In this document: one piece after another, positions 1 to 13,260 of the stretch
Layout of the letters: every line of letters starts with the position of its first letter
How positions within the stretch are numbered: the stretch's first letter is position 1
Assembly (NCBI GenBank): GCA_965178125.1
Contig: OZ237747.1
Location: 62,001-126,000 of the forward strand
Origin: Bilabrum cf. latius
Lineage: Eukaryota
DNA: 64,000 bases
Reading direction: 5' to 3'
The notes under the pieces: generated by a model
What the model saw: the letters and a program-made list of their open reading frames with translations, nothing else
Told to the model about the DNA's origin: nothing
Databases searched by the model: none
Position numbers and translations under genes: made by a program

Positions 1-69
1 CTAGACTTCTAGCTGATTCAAACTGTTCGCAACCGAGGGGTAGCTACCAGGCTACGCTTGTATCTCCGA

Positions 70-1527
70 TTATTCGGCACCTGTGGCACGACCCTCTCCA
101 CCGCCCACCTGCTCCCCCAACATGAGACCCCTGATGTCCAGCAGTTCCTTTGGCACGCGCGCCTCGACTCGGTTGAATTCCACTTCCCAGGCGGCCCCTT
201 CGCCTATCCTCCCCTCCTCCCCTTGTTCCCTGCCCTGCCCGTTCCCGTCCAAGCAGGCAGCACCCGACCGTTGGACGCGATGGATGCGCACCAGGCCTGC
301 TCTGCTTCCACTGCCGGCAGCTCGCGGGGCCGGCGCCGCCCCCGACACGGTTGGAGGGACGAAGCTGACCTCGTCCTCATCCTCCTCCTCGCAGAGCTCG
401 GCACTGAGGGAAAAGGCAGGGTGGCGACAACTGGCGTGGGGCGGTGTCCGGTGGCCGATGGCATGCGAATCGGCTCGCTGCTCTTTCACGACCAGTCTGG
501 TCTCCCTGTCCCTATCTGCCAGCAGCCCACACCTTGCCTCCGGACGGAGAGGCGCGCTGGGCACCGCGATCACAACTCGAGGGCTAGTGAGAAGAGATCG
601 TCCATCCGGCCTAGTGCGCCGCCCCCACAGGTTCTTGACCCTGGATACCCGCTCTGCTGCGCTCCCAGCAGTGCCAAGGGCCCCTTTGGCGCCTTTCTGC
701 TGCCTGCCAACGGAATCGGCACGACCTGCACTGCCCGCCCCGCTGCCTAACTCAAAGGGCGCCAGACTCTCGATGTCCGTGCCTCGGTTGCGCGCCAGGC
801 TGTCTGCTTGTGCCTATAACGCTTTGAAACCGGCCCTCACCCATGCTTGCATCCTATGCTACGGCGGTTTATCGCCCTGTGGCAAATCGTGCTGGGTGCC
901 AGAAATTGACGCACCGGAGCTGCTGCTGTCTCTCGCACCACCCGAGGCTTTCGGATTCGTCGAAGTCCCGCTGGTAGCACCAGCATTGAGATCTTCCTCC
1001 TCGTGGGGTCCTGCAAGTAGGGCGTTTGCGGCACGGTGCCTGGGCGTGCCTGTTCCAGCAAGCAGTCCGATGGCTCGATGAATGAGTGCGTTCTCGACGC
1101 TGGACCACCCCGCTGAGTGGACACTGCCCCTGTCTCTATGAGCAACTGATTCGAATGGAATTAGTTGGTCAACTCCAAGTACGGCAATGTGATGACGGTG
1201 GCTTGAGGCCGCTGATCCGGCACGCAAGACGCTGTGCATGATCGCTCGAAGCGAATCGCATTCACAGACGTTCACACCGGAGGCTTCAGGTGGACATACT
1301 TCTGAGCCCCGCTAGTCACTTAATGCAGAATCTTGGCAAGATCCCCCTTGGATTCGCTTCATGGCTGACAGGTCCAAGCAGCCTTGGCTGCTGCACAGCA
1401 TGGAGCAGCTGCCTTCGCCTTTGCGATACTCAAAATTCAGGCGGAGCAACCAGTCGATCGCAATACTTTTCCGTAGACTGCGCTTGTAAATACGAATTGC
1501 CGGAAACACGACGCATACTACCAACAA
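70..1527 (-). CDS. Hypothetical protein (TAG read as sense; 5' end uncertain)
   Basis: ORF-track pieces 1312..1527, 859..1275 and 70..573 share one frame, are separated only by TAG codons, and end at TAA 70-72. An in-frame TGA at 1528-1530 bounds the frame upstream, so the true start or first exon is unresolved. No family recognised. Confidence 0.5.
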
Positions 1528-1727
1528 TCACAGCTCCGTGCGTGAGCCAAACAGGCCATGCTCACTCAAAACAGTCGCCCTCCAGTACCGCCGCCATTGT
1601 TGCCTCAATAGCCGAACCAAGCGCAAATGGATCGATAATATTTGAATTGGCTGTTGCTCAAGCCGTATGCCTGTGTTGCCCACTGCGGTGACCACAAGCC
1701 AATGATTCTTTGGTCGATTTCGGAATT

Positions 1728-1780
1728 CGTCCCCCTCCCGTGCCCAAGCGTGGGAGGGGGGGGTCCCACGCTTGGGCACC
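1728..1780 (+). repeat. Left terminal inverted repeat (53 bp)
   Basis: cgtccccctcccgtgcccaagcgtgggaggggggggtcccacgcttgggcacc is the exact reverse complement of 14607-14659. Confidence 0.95.
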
Positions 1781-1830
1781 CCTGCCCAAGCGTGGGACCC
1801 CCCCGTCCACGCCTGGGCACCCTACGCCTG
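1741..1830. repeat. Left subterminal array of alternately oriented TGCCCAAGCGTGGG motifs
   Basis: Copies at about 1741 (+), 1765 (-), 1783 (+), 1807 (-, 1 mismatch) and a partial copy at about 1822. Confidence 0.85.
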
Positions 1831-2377
1831 GAGCAGTCATCTGACTGCTCCAGCTAGTAGTTTAAAAGATGTTATGAACTCTAAATAAGATAAAGCTCAC
1901 ATACTCTTTACCGAGATGATTGAGGATCATATGGTCGCGGACCGGCCTGTGTTTGGACCAGCGGAACAGACCCATTTGGGGACGACGAGGATTGGCCCCA
2001 TAATGATCGTGTTCGCGCGCAGTTCATAATGAAGTTCATTTTCAATATTTTATTCTGGATATGGATATGGGCGCCGTTGTACCTTTTGGAAGGCCTGGAG
2101 CGGGGAATGGCTCCGATGGACCACTTGCAGGTGGACAAAGCATAGACAACCGTACACCTGACACAAAACGGTCCAAAAGATTATGATGGCGCGCAAAGTG
2201 GCTATAGCCCATATTTAATATCATACTTTTGGCGACAATGTTGGGGTCGCCATTGAGACACAAAGGACACAAGGGCTCGGACACTGGTAGCTAAGATTTA
2301 TCAATGTGTGCGTAGTTGCCACAGTCGTACCAAAAGCCTAAATAATTAGCCATCAAACCGGTAAATGAACGCATTTC

Positions 2378-5300
2378 TTACAGTGGTGAAGTCGCCACTA
2401 GGCGGATAAACTCTGCACCAATATCAGGCATTCCTAGCGGGGCCCAACCGCCTGCACTACCTTCGTCCCGGTCTATTCCATTGGTCGCTCGACGCGCAGC
2501 AAGTGGCCGAATTATGCTGTCAAGTGGAACAACATCTAGCCTGGGTCTAGCCAGGAATGGGGCATACGGTACTGGAAAACCAACTTGGGCCCACCATGTC
2601 TTCTCAAGTTCGAGTGAGAAGGGAGTGCGCACAAAGAGTGCGGGACCTGGCTTTTCGCCACCTGCTTCCGTCGATGGCGCTGTCTCGAATACTGACGAAG
2701 ATGAGGATCGAGATGATGGCTGACTGCTAGGCGCTTCAAGGGATGATGCACGTCCGTGTTTAGGCAGCAGTCCCGCCTAGCTAGAACTCTCAGCGGCTGA
2801 TGCCCTGTACAGCATACTATCCCATGCCAAACCCTAGGCTCTTCTGCGACGCATCGAAGCATCTGCAGGATTTGCTTCATCTCCCCTCGACTGATACATA
2901 CATCTGAATCGCTAATCCATCAAATCGAGTGGACTTCGGCCAGCCGCCACTTGCAGTGATGCATCGAGTGCAATGCTCACTGCGTCCGATGCTGAGCGAT
3001 GAGTATCGAATGGTCGCACAGGCTCGGGCAAACTAGCACTGCTGTTCTACTCGCCGACTACTTTGCCCACTACCATGCCCCGTTGCTCATTGAGTACTGA
3101 AACCAGCGTCCGGCGTTCCGCAACACTCTTCTCCGATTCCATCCGGGCTGCTGTTGCAGATCGCCACAGTGACGCAACAGCGTTTGTTGCTAGCTTGATT
3201 TCGTCACCGCCTGTTCGCCGGCGTTTCCTAGGGCGGCCATCATGTGACACATCCTCTGGGACGACTGGCTCGTCCTCCCAGTTCCCCTAGGAGCTCGTCC
3301 GTAGGTTCGGAGGCACCGATATAGGTGGGTTGTAGCTCGCGATAGGCATCTCAAACCCTCTACCAACAGCCTCTCGTGATTTAGCTGCCTCTTGGAGATG
3401 ATCGCTCGAAATAGAGTTCTCGGACACGCGTCGTCCACCAATAGAGGCATCCGCAGAGCCAATGGCAAAGCCACCTCTCCAAGCACGCTGCTCGTCAGAT
3501 GTCATTCTTCTATGCTTACCCCATGAGCTTCCCCATGCTTCCATTTCTGTGGCTACTTCAGGCGCATCGTCGCAGTCTTCCTCGCTTTCGTACTCGTATC
3601 GGCGTCGCTTGCGTCCCCTACTCCTTCCAGCCTTCGCCGCTGGCAAATCCCGCACGCTGCTGATTTGACCCCCTGCGGCCAAACTTGGGCGCCCCTTTGA
3701 TGGCGTGTCGTCAGTGAGCTGCATGGCGTGTTGATGGGCGTGTCTTTCCTACGTTCGCCCCCCCATCTCTTTGGCTTTCTTCGAAGCTACCCGCTTCCTT
3801 TGAGATTTCGGCGGGTACACTCTTTCCAGTGGTGCGAATCGTCTAATGACTGCCATGGTTGCTTCTGTTCCAAGCGGTGATACAAAGCAAACAAGTTCCC
3901 CGACGCACCATGGATTGTCACTTTCATCCCACGCCACCTCGTACGTTGGCTTTGCCTAATTTACCTCCGGGTGGTAGGCCACCATGCATCCACCAGTTGC
4001 CTCACTGTCGTTGATGCCATCGTTAAAATCGAACGCATTTCCATGCATGCCTGTGGAGTGGCACATGGAAGTCGCTAGTCTATGCTTGACCCTGCCTCCA
4101 TCCATATTGGCGAACCGATGGATGTCAGCGAAGCCGCGATCTATGTGAAACTGCTAGTTCTCAGCGGCTGCTGCCGTACCGTGTCGTTGCATGAAAGCTT
4201 CTCGTAACACGCATATTCCATGCAATACGTGAGAGGGTTTAGCGCCGCCAATCGGGTGGTTCAAGCACCGCTGTCGAACTCGATTGAACATCGCCGAGCG
4301 AGATGCACACTAACGAAGTCTTTGCACTTCTCTCTCGGTTGCCGTAAGCCTGTGTGGAGACCTGGGCGCTGGTGACCCTGCACCCGTACCCCCTTGACCG
4401 CTTGAATCAGAGCCTGCACGTGCTGCAACATCGACTTGGCCCGCTCCACCGCTCGCGGATAGACCGAGCACCGCTGATGAGTCAGGCCTAGGAGGTTCTG
4501 GCGGCAGTACCTAGTAGTATACTGACATACTTGCAATAATGTCAGCAGCATGATTGGGCAGAAGTGGCTAACGGCTTGCACCATGGGTTTGCCTATAGCA
4601 CACACGCGGTAGTGGAGCATCAGCAAGGATCCACTTATGCTCGCGCCATGAAAGGACTTCTGCGGCACAGCGTGGCCCGCTCCATCGTCTGGACCCATGG
4701 TGCGGTTCGCACCTTGGCTACGTTTCGCTATGAGAGACCTCAAAGCCCCCGTTGAGGTCATAACGCTCCTACGCGAAAGAGAATGCTCTAAGTACGTCTG
4801 GTGCCACCTGTTGCTACACTCCACGCTTCTAGCGAGTGTTGAGCCAAGTCGCTTGTGATGAACGATCCGCGCTCCCCGCAATCTATTCCAAGAAAGTTGC
4901 TGAACTTGGGGCTAAATAAGCTTCGTGCGGGCTTCTTTGATTGGCATCTAGTGTCCCGACAACATGGTCATGTTCTGCGCCCGCTTGAACTAAGAGGTCT
5001 GGTGTAAGAGCACCTACTCGAAGAGCAGCCTCACGAGCAGCTGCCGTGGCGGTGTCATCTATACCGTACTTGGCTGACAAAGCCCTGGACGTGCGTCTTC
5101 GTACATCATTTCGAAGGCGTCGTCCTGCTAGTTTTAGATCAGAACCACGCTGTTGCCTGGCCCACTCCTTTATCGTTCGGTTGTAGCCTTCCATTGCTGC
5201 CGTGGTCTACCCCTTAGGTAGCCCATTCAGCAAGCATGACTCAAGTAGATGCTCAATGTCGTGTAGCTTGCTGTGCATTCCAAAGGCATCTTCAACGTCA

Positions 5301-8300
5301 GACTTGTTGTGCCTAGCGTACAGTTCCTTGCGCACCTGTGCCATGGTTGCCCTCAACGTAATACCAGCCGAGCTCCTTGATATCACAGTGTCGACTGGCA
5401 TGGCATCAGCCCTCGTGATTGATAGCAGCTGCAAAGCAGAGGACAACATGAGCTGCACTGCGCGCAGTTCCCCGTGTGCCAGCCTCAAAGGTCCCCATGG
5501 GTCAACCAGCCGAGCTAAAGCATGTACCACCGCAACATTCTCTTCTGCTGTAACACACGTGTCGCTGAGCGACTGCTGGAACCGCTCGCCGCGTTGGATG
5601 CTGCCTCTGGCACTGCCCATCAGCATCGGTGAGAAATATTGTCCTACCCCGGAGGTACTCGCTACTCTAGGAGGGCACTAAGGCATGAAGCGCACTCCAG
5701 ACGCTCTTGATTGCTCTCGCAACAGCAATTCTGGGTTGGATCGCTCCTGGGATGGTATAGGTGCTGCTGCGCTCGACAGCAGTCTCCCTAGCTTCTCCAC
5801 ATATACCTCAATGTCTCGACCCGTGAGGCTGGCAGCTCGCTGCAAACGCTGTATGTCGCTAGCAATGATGACTTCTAGCACAGCAAGTCCCGCTAGCGAG
5901 GCAACTTGAGCACACAAGCTTCCTGTCAGGGTGTGCAGATCATCGAATGCCACCAGTGAGCTAAAGTCTATGTCTGATCGCCCTGCAATAGCGTGTAGCA
6001 GGCGCTTCCCATCGCACAGGAGTGTAGTCACGACGCCTGCCGTCCGGCCATTGCTGCTACTGCTGCCAGCTAAGATATCGTCTTGCACCGCTACTGAGTC
6101 ATGTACAACTGCAATCTATACGTGCTCCTGCAACAATGAAGGCACGCCATCAAGGCTATCGGATAGTCCCGCCGCTGCAAGCAAGCTTGGTGCCTTCTTG
6201 GATGATGCCCTGTGCATGACCCTTGCTGCCTGCATAGTCATGTGCGTTGTAAACTGCGGCCGTTTTATGCCTCTGTGGATTGGATCCACCCAGCTTCGTC
6301 CACGGCCCAACCGCACCACATCCTCCTCCACGGAAGTTGCTATCGTCGCGCACAGGGCGTGGTGCAAATAAGAAGCCTAGGTTGGCAAAACGAAAGCTTG
6401 CCCAGTAGGCCCAAGCTTTGAAGCCTGTACTGCAGGGCGGCCATACTTGTCCGGGACACCATGGCCAGAAGCCTGTTCTCTCTCGCGATCCTCGCTGCCA
6501 TCTTCATTTCCATCGTCACTACCGCTGGAGCTTGGCCCATGTGCTGCTCGCCCCTACCAGTAGGACACGGCTCGCATCGCATCTTTGTATGGGACAGAGT
6601 CGGTACTGGCAGACAAACACTTGGGACAAACGTTGGCCTTGTATCCCAGAATGTCAGCCAGCTCTGGACCATCCGCTACGATCAGTCGAAGTGTGACGAA
6701 AAATTCCAGCGTGCGAAGACCCAGCTTGTACGGGACGCTGCCCTGCGGGACCCTGACTCTGATTGGCCCCCGGCTGGTATGCAACATCAGCTATATCACC
6801 ACTCGATTCCATAACGACCTAAGTGCATCTCGCTTGCTTGAGGTTCTGTATGGCATGACACCAATAATTGTGCGTAGGTGATCCGTTGTCGAGGCTGCGC
6901 CTAGAACACACGCGCAAAGTGTGTGAACGTTCTTGACGGAGTACGAAAGGGTGGCGTCGCTCCATAAGCATATAGGGATATGGACACGGAGGTGTGACTG
7001 CAAGAGCTCTGACTTGGCAGGGGGTGTATGACCATCAGACTAGACAGCCGAGTGCTACTGGGCTCGCACGGCAGTTCGCCACGTTTCCCAATTGAACGTC
7101 GACGCGGTCGAACAACACCGAGCTTGCCAATCAGAAGCGACGGAAGCAAACGAAGTCTGGGGTGTAGCGCTTGCAGAGCCCCCTTGCGCCAAAGTTAGCA
7201 CGAAAGTCCAGAAAGACTGCGGGTCTTTGTCACACAGTGTGGTCACGATGGCCATGGCTGGATCGACGGCGAAGCCGCCTGTGTCAGGGCACAGGTCAAT
7301 GTCCAGCTCCACGAATTGCAAATAACCCTCGCCGTTGTCACAATCAAACCATTCAGCAGCCAATTCTTCTGATACTGCCGCTGCCTCAAAGCTGGCGGCT
7401 ACATGCTGCGAGATGCAAAAGCAATAGAGATGCTGCAGGTGTACCTCTCATCGTGGCAGTTCTTCAACTGCGACTGCAAGCGCTTATCTCACATCTAACT
7501 TCTGGATAACCTTCTTTGCTGCTCGCACTCGATTGTACTCCGTTGACGCAGTTCGCGCACTGTGGAATTCTCGCAAGCACCGAGCAGCATCCTTGCGAAC
7601 GGCCTGCGCAGCAGCCGGATGCTTGGCTTCCAGCCCGCGGGCCGTGGCCTCCTGTTGCTGCTCAAAGGCCTGCAGCGCCTCATTGATGGCACGATCGGGA
7701 TGCTTGGACCCTAGAGCTCGCTTTACAGACTTGCACAGAGTTTGTGCGAGCCCGACATCCTCCGATTCAGCCTCCTACACATAGTGCAGCATCTGGGTCA
7801 GTGCCTCCTCGTGCGCATCACCGGCCTTGGCATATGAGCTCACTGCACTGGCAGGGATATACACGACTCTTGTCAGGCCTTGTGCGGCTACTTCAAGTGC
7901 CGGAGGGTCAACTATGGTTGGCGTGGCTCGGGTGTTGCCGTCTGGAGCAGGGGCATGGCGCAGCCAATCACCGGTACCGGAGTCGCCTGAACCCGGCAAC
8001 GAGTCACTTGATGCCAATGAGCTTGGAGTAAGTTCTATATCTGTATCTGGCTAGAACCCCCCGCCGATATTTTCCATGTAACCACCTGGATCCAAGGATT
8101 CTAACAGATGCATGTCGCTTGCTCGGAGTCTTGCGTCGGAATCTCCGACGGTGTTCGACATTGGAGTCCTTGCATCTATGCCTGATCCAGCCTATGTCTC
8201 TGAATCCGGCTCAACCACAGCTGCTGCAGCACTTATACTGTTGTTCGAATGTGATTGCACTCCACTTCTGGTTGACCGTGATAGCTCCGTGCCAGCTCCC

Positions 8301-8383
8301 TTGCCAGCTTCCCCAACCTAATTGTTGCTGCAAGGTAATGGCAAAGCAAACATTCGGTAAATATTATTACGCGCATATTCCAT
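2378..8383 (-). CDS. Plavaka/CMC-like DDE transposase, ~1970 aa (TAG=Gln; intron 7492-7406; possible extra 5' exon above 8450)
   Basis: Eleven ORF-track fragments lie in one frame (7775..8017, 7055..7363, 6791..7003, 6554..6787, 6116..6367, 5678..6088, 5207..5626, 4883..5194, 3749..3937, 3287..3724, 3047..3250), followed by 2378..2632. They are joined by about 28 TAGs. The only TAA/TGA inside fall in an 87-nt phase-0 GTGAGA...TCGCAG intron. Motifs: IPICLWSDAT (D1, ~6958), LIVADGPELADILG..NVCPKC (D2, ~6673), SYLHH, and SKLHDIEHLLESCLLNGLPKG*TTAAMEGYNRTIK (catalytic E, ~5191). Confidence 0.75.
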
Positions 8384-9201
8384 AATTACTGAAGGTTGGA
8401 TACGATAGTGACAAAGGGATGCGAACCGGACTACACCATCACTACCTCACCTGGGATCTACTCCCACAGACTGTGCGACGGATCCTTGCCGTAAACCGAT
8501 CTAAGCTATACTTGCCTGAATTTGGCTAAGTTGTTGCACCGCCTCGAGTGTGCGCTAAAACTCAACCGAGGTAAGCCGTCCGAGATCCTGCAGCCGGACT
8601 CCTTCAGCTCCTCTGACGTTCTACTCAGCGTCTCGATATCCATCGGGTAGGTATCTACGCAATAATTCCAGTGCATTTGCGCACTTTTGGCTGCCACATC
8701 GTAAGCAGTGCGCATGCATCTTGTCCTTGATACCGAGCCGTGCACCACAAGGTGCAGTGGCACACGATACAGAGCTCATCACGCTGGTTGTAGAGCCTCG
8801 CACACACGAATAGAATAATAATAGCTAAAAGGGTACCTCTAGACGAAAGTATAGGCGCGAAGAGTTGAGAATTTAGCCAAACTTTCTAATTGCCAGCGAA
8901 CAGCGGAACCAGATCGGATCAGAATCGCGGCGCCACGACCGTTGCAAATCGCGCACAAACAGCCTTGGGAGCATACATACAGTCAGTATATCAGGCGTTT
9001 GTACCTTTCAGTCATTTAACCTGAGCTTGGTTTTGCCTTCGTGATTGGTGAGTACCTAGTTTCCCCCAAAAAGCAGTACAATGATTGCGATGGCACTGCC
9101 AAGCAGGATGTCCCACTCAAATCTCGGAGGCAAGTATTATATTTTTGCCCTACTCTAGCATCCTTTTATTCAGCAGGTCCGATAGATTCGATTCTAGAGC
9201 T

Positions 9202-12200
9202 ATGATGCAGACAGCAGCGGCATCAGCCGCAGGAAGTGCGCCCGCCACGCTAAACGGTCGTGAATTGGACGCAGCTGCTGCCAGCGCGGCACGGCCGATG
9301 GATTCGCAATCGCTATCGAGCCGAGCTGTGAGGTCCCCAGCTCAGGTAGCTGTAGCAATCTCGACCGGGAGATTGGATGCAACCTTGTCCCCGCCGAGGG
9401 AAGACGAGCAAGCAGCACATTCAAACTTCGTATAGGCTATGCTACAGCATATGCCAAATGAAGCATTTGCACCACGGCTTGGAGGTTGTGCTGATATGTC
9501 CCGCGTTCTAACGGCGGTGGTGATCGACACCGTAGCCGGCATGCTATGCAGGATTCCAGGTCGAGATCCGAGGCACGCCGCTCAACTACAGCAACTGAGT
9601 GCAAGTCGGACACATCATGGAGTCAACCATGTTGACATTCTCCAAGTTCCAATAGTGAACCAAGATGGACATCCAGGCAAATTCGATCCCGGCAAGTTGG
9701 CCAAGGTTAACGAGGCTGATGATGCTGTTGTTAACTGGGCACGTGGCACTTCAAGTTACGGCGGGTCTTCTAGTTCAAGTTCGAGCGGGACATCCTCTGC
9801 ATTAGCTCTGAAAGCCAGGCTGTAGGTTCGACAGGGGTTGCTGGCTGCTCGGAGTGTATAGATGTTGTAGGGCCGCGAACATGCTGCGATCCGGAGCGAG
9901 ACTGCGAGCTAGGTGGCTTGTGACGTGATCAGTATAGGAACGGCAGCAGAGGTTCTTGCCGTCATCCGTGCTGCAATGGTAGGACCTGGACGCCAGCTTC
10001 CTGTAGACATTTTGCCGAATGCTATCCCGGAAGCAATCAAGGGTAGCTCCGCCCGACTCTGCCAGGACATTTTTGCAGGCGCGGCACTTGTAAACCCTAA
10101 GACGGATGCTGGCAGTACGAGCATCATTTCTGGCCCACTGAGTTGCGTGTCTGTTGTCAGCAGGCTGGCAAAGGCTAGCAAGACGAAAGGAGGACAGGCT
10201 GCTGGTGGAAAGAAGGCGTAGCAAGCAGAACTGATGAGGTAGCTTGGAACTCTACGAAGCAAGAGACGCTCACGGCCTTCCGGTGAGCGGCGATACGTGA
10301 AGGCGGAGCATGCTCGGCTTGAGCGGGAGGGGAGAGGACAGGCTACCATATCGACAGTGAGCATCTTCTAGCATGAACGAGTAGCAGCACTTGCAAAGGC
10401 AGCAGGTATGCTAGCTTCGTGTTTGCTGTCGACTGACGACAAGACAGCCCGAACAGCACGGGTCAATCAAGCTGTGCAGCTGGCATCATCACTGTCTGAA
10501 AGACAATGCGTCGAGCTTGGGTACAACGAGGCACTCCTGTCCCTCGAAGTCTCCGCTCAGACTAGCTTGCGGCGGGCGCTACAGAGCCTTCACAGCGAGG
10601 TAGAATCCGAAGACGATAAGAAAGGTGTTAAGGTGGTGATCGACTCCTTGATCACACTTAGTGGAGAGGATGCAGGCTTGGCCGCACACCTGGCTGCAGT
10701 AGCATCGGTTGCTCAGGACGATGGGAATGACTAGTCTGTCGGTCTCAAAGTTATGCTTGGGCTCATCGCACTGGCTGACTTTACTGCTCTTGGTTTGCGA
10801 ATGGGCATATACTACTGGAGCAGCGACGGCAGCGATGACGCTACGTTCGAAGCGAGACCGGTGCAATTCCCAGTATCGCTATGCGGCAATGCAATCGTGC
10901 AGGCCCTTGTCAAGGCAAGGGACGAAGTATTCCGGAATCGCAAGGGATGCACAGTGCAAGCTTGCCCACCTGCCAGCGAGGGTGGACTCGAGCTAAATCA
11001 TCCATCCGGGCTGGACAGAACGTAGCAGGCAGCTTTTTGCTCTCTCATCGATGCTTGTATTGGACGTAGCACAGCTGCATTCATCAACGTTGTCGGAGAC
11101 TGCGCTTCGGCGGGTGTTTCGATCGATTCCGGAGACCACATAGTTGAGTCATATTGGATGTCCAGACACCAAGCCTGTATCGTGCGGAATGCCAACGTCG
11201 CTGCCCTTGGTGATGGTGCTGTCGATCACGTGAAACGATGGTTGAACGACACCACGAAAGAGGCACCTGCTTGTGAGTCTAGGATTGAGACGGTGTTTGC
11301 TATTGCAAACCAACTTGGTTTTTCTAGTCCGGCCGGGGCGCCATTGAACTCTGCAGAGCACAGCGCGTTCAAGTTATGGGTGTTGGCTGAATCCAAAGCA
11401 CGTGCGCCCCTGTCCAGGTTCGAGACGGCATGCGACCTGGTGGCATCAAGATATCCACATGACGCTGGTGTTGTTCCTGCTGTCGTTCGGTTGCTGGTGA
11501 CAGACACCACGTCACGATGCGTACACTTCCGTCGGGCCGGGATTGACTTAGCAGCTGTGGCGGTGGTAGCAACATAGCTAGATGAGGACTCGATTCAAGA
11601 CGAGGGTGAGCCAGCAGATCGCACTGCCACGTCAGGGGCTGCAGCAGGATTGCCCGCATCGTCTGATTCTACCGGTCCATCTCCACTGGACTAGCTGGTC
11701 GACTTAACTGCCGTTGCCATACACACGCTTGCCAATCGATGCGGCTACTCCTTCGACTCACCTGACGGGGAGGGTAAAGACGCTGGTGATGACGGCTGTA
11801 GGGTCGCCGACTTGGACGAGGTCGCTCGAATTATCAATAGAGATCGACGTATACCTAGCCGTATGTTGTACAAGCTGCCAGACGTAGTAGCAGCTGGCGG
11901 TCCGAAACAATTTCCGCGTTTGTCTGACGTAGCCCTACTTGCTGCTTCCCACCTTCGATCAGTTCGAGTAGGCATCAAGAATACTATAGGAGTCTCTAGG
12001 ACGGTGGAGAGGCTTTCCCGATCAGATCGAACGAAATGGATTGCAAGCAGCAAATGCAAGAAGGCGTGGAGAGACTGCAATGCACTTGGTAGCCATGCAG
12101 TGCTGGATGGCATGCTCTCCCGGTCCATGTCAGACAAGCTCTTCAGGATTCCGATTTAGTATGGATTCAAAGAGGCATGTGATGCGGCATCTGATGGAGA

Positions 12201-13060
12201 ACCAGCGTGCTGCCAGTTCCCTGTGTGCCTGCCGTACCGCATGATCGAATTTCCGGTAGCTGCCGCGTTGGCGATCGACATGACATAGAAGAAGAACCCT
12301 CACAAGCATATCCTAGCTGGGATTTCTGGAGCTAGCTCTAGCGCAATGAATGCCTGCCTCAGATAGTATCGGTTGTTGCTCCCGGACTGCAGTCCTGGCG
12401 GTGTTGAGCGGCATCGTGTTTCCTCGTGCCTGAAGGCACTGCTCGAGTACGACGGCAGAGCTACGCCCGCCTCGCTAATCAAGAACATGTGGCTCCCCAA
12501 GGATGTTCGAGAACGAGTGTCGCCCGATGTTGTAGCTGAAACTGACAGCTCCATTGAGCTAGTTGTCACTATTGCACCGGGACTGCACAGCTTGGCATCA
12601 GCAAAGAGCGGCATCCCACTCTTATCCTCATGCGATTTACCTGACAGTGAAGAACCAATCCACATAGTTCGCGCACTCCTTCCTGGGGTGTTGGCTCGAG
12701 CAGCGCTGATAGGAGCGGGGTTGCATATTGACCGCTTGAAAAGTTCATCTTTCTTTCCTGGGCAAATACCGGCCAGCAGCATGGAGCTTGACTTGCAAGT
12801 AGGGCCAACCTCAGGAAGTGGGGTGAGTCGTACTAGAGCAGGAGTTGATTCGGATGAAGACAGTACTGCCGCTGGCAGTGAGCGCAGATTGCGCTAGCAC
12901 CATGGACTGAGCTCTGCACTGGAGTCATCCTCTTCTTCCGCAGCTGCACAATAGCCGGAGGGTCCTGGCACTCGACGCTCCGCCCCCATGTTCAAGAACA
13001 AATCTGAACCAAATGCTGATGGGAATGAGAAAGACCCTGAGGAGCCGCCGCGCCGGCGTC
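9202..13060 (+). CDS. Transposon ORF2, large hypothetical protein (>1280 aa, runs into the assembly gap)
   Basis: ORF-track fragments starting at 9085, 9439, 9913, 10408, 10753, 11158, 11812, 12373 and 12988 share one frame and are interrupted only by TAG. ATG at 9202. Divergent from the transposase. No domain recognised. Confidence 0.65.
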
Positions 13061-13260
13061 NNNNNNNNNNNNNNNNNNNNNNNNNNNNNNNNNNNNNNNN
13101 NNNNNNNNNNNNNNNNNNNNNNNNNNNNNNNNNNNNNNNNNNNNNNNNNNNNNNNNNNNNNNNNNNNNNNNNNNNNNNNNNNNNNNNNNNNNNNNNNNNN
13201 NNNNNNNNNNNNNNNNNNNNNNNNNNNNNNNNNNNNNNNNNNNNNNNNNNNNNNNNNNNN
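13061..13260. other. Assembly gap (200 N)
   Basis: Run of n characters. Confidence 1.

Noticed and set aside
1741-1830. CRISPR-like or REP-like palindromic repeats
   Set aside because: Units alternate in orientation with spacers of only a few bases and recur as an exact inverted copy 12.9 kb away, which fits transposon ends better.
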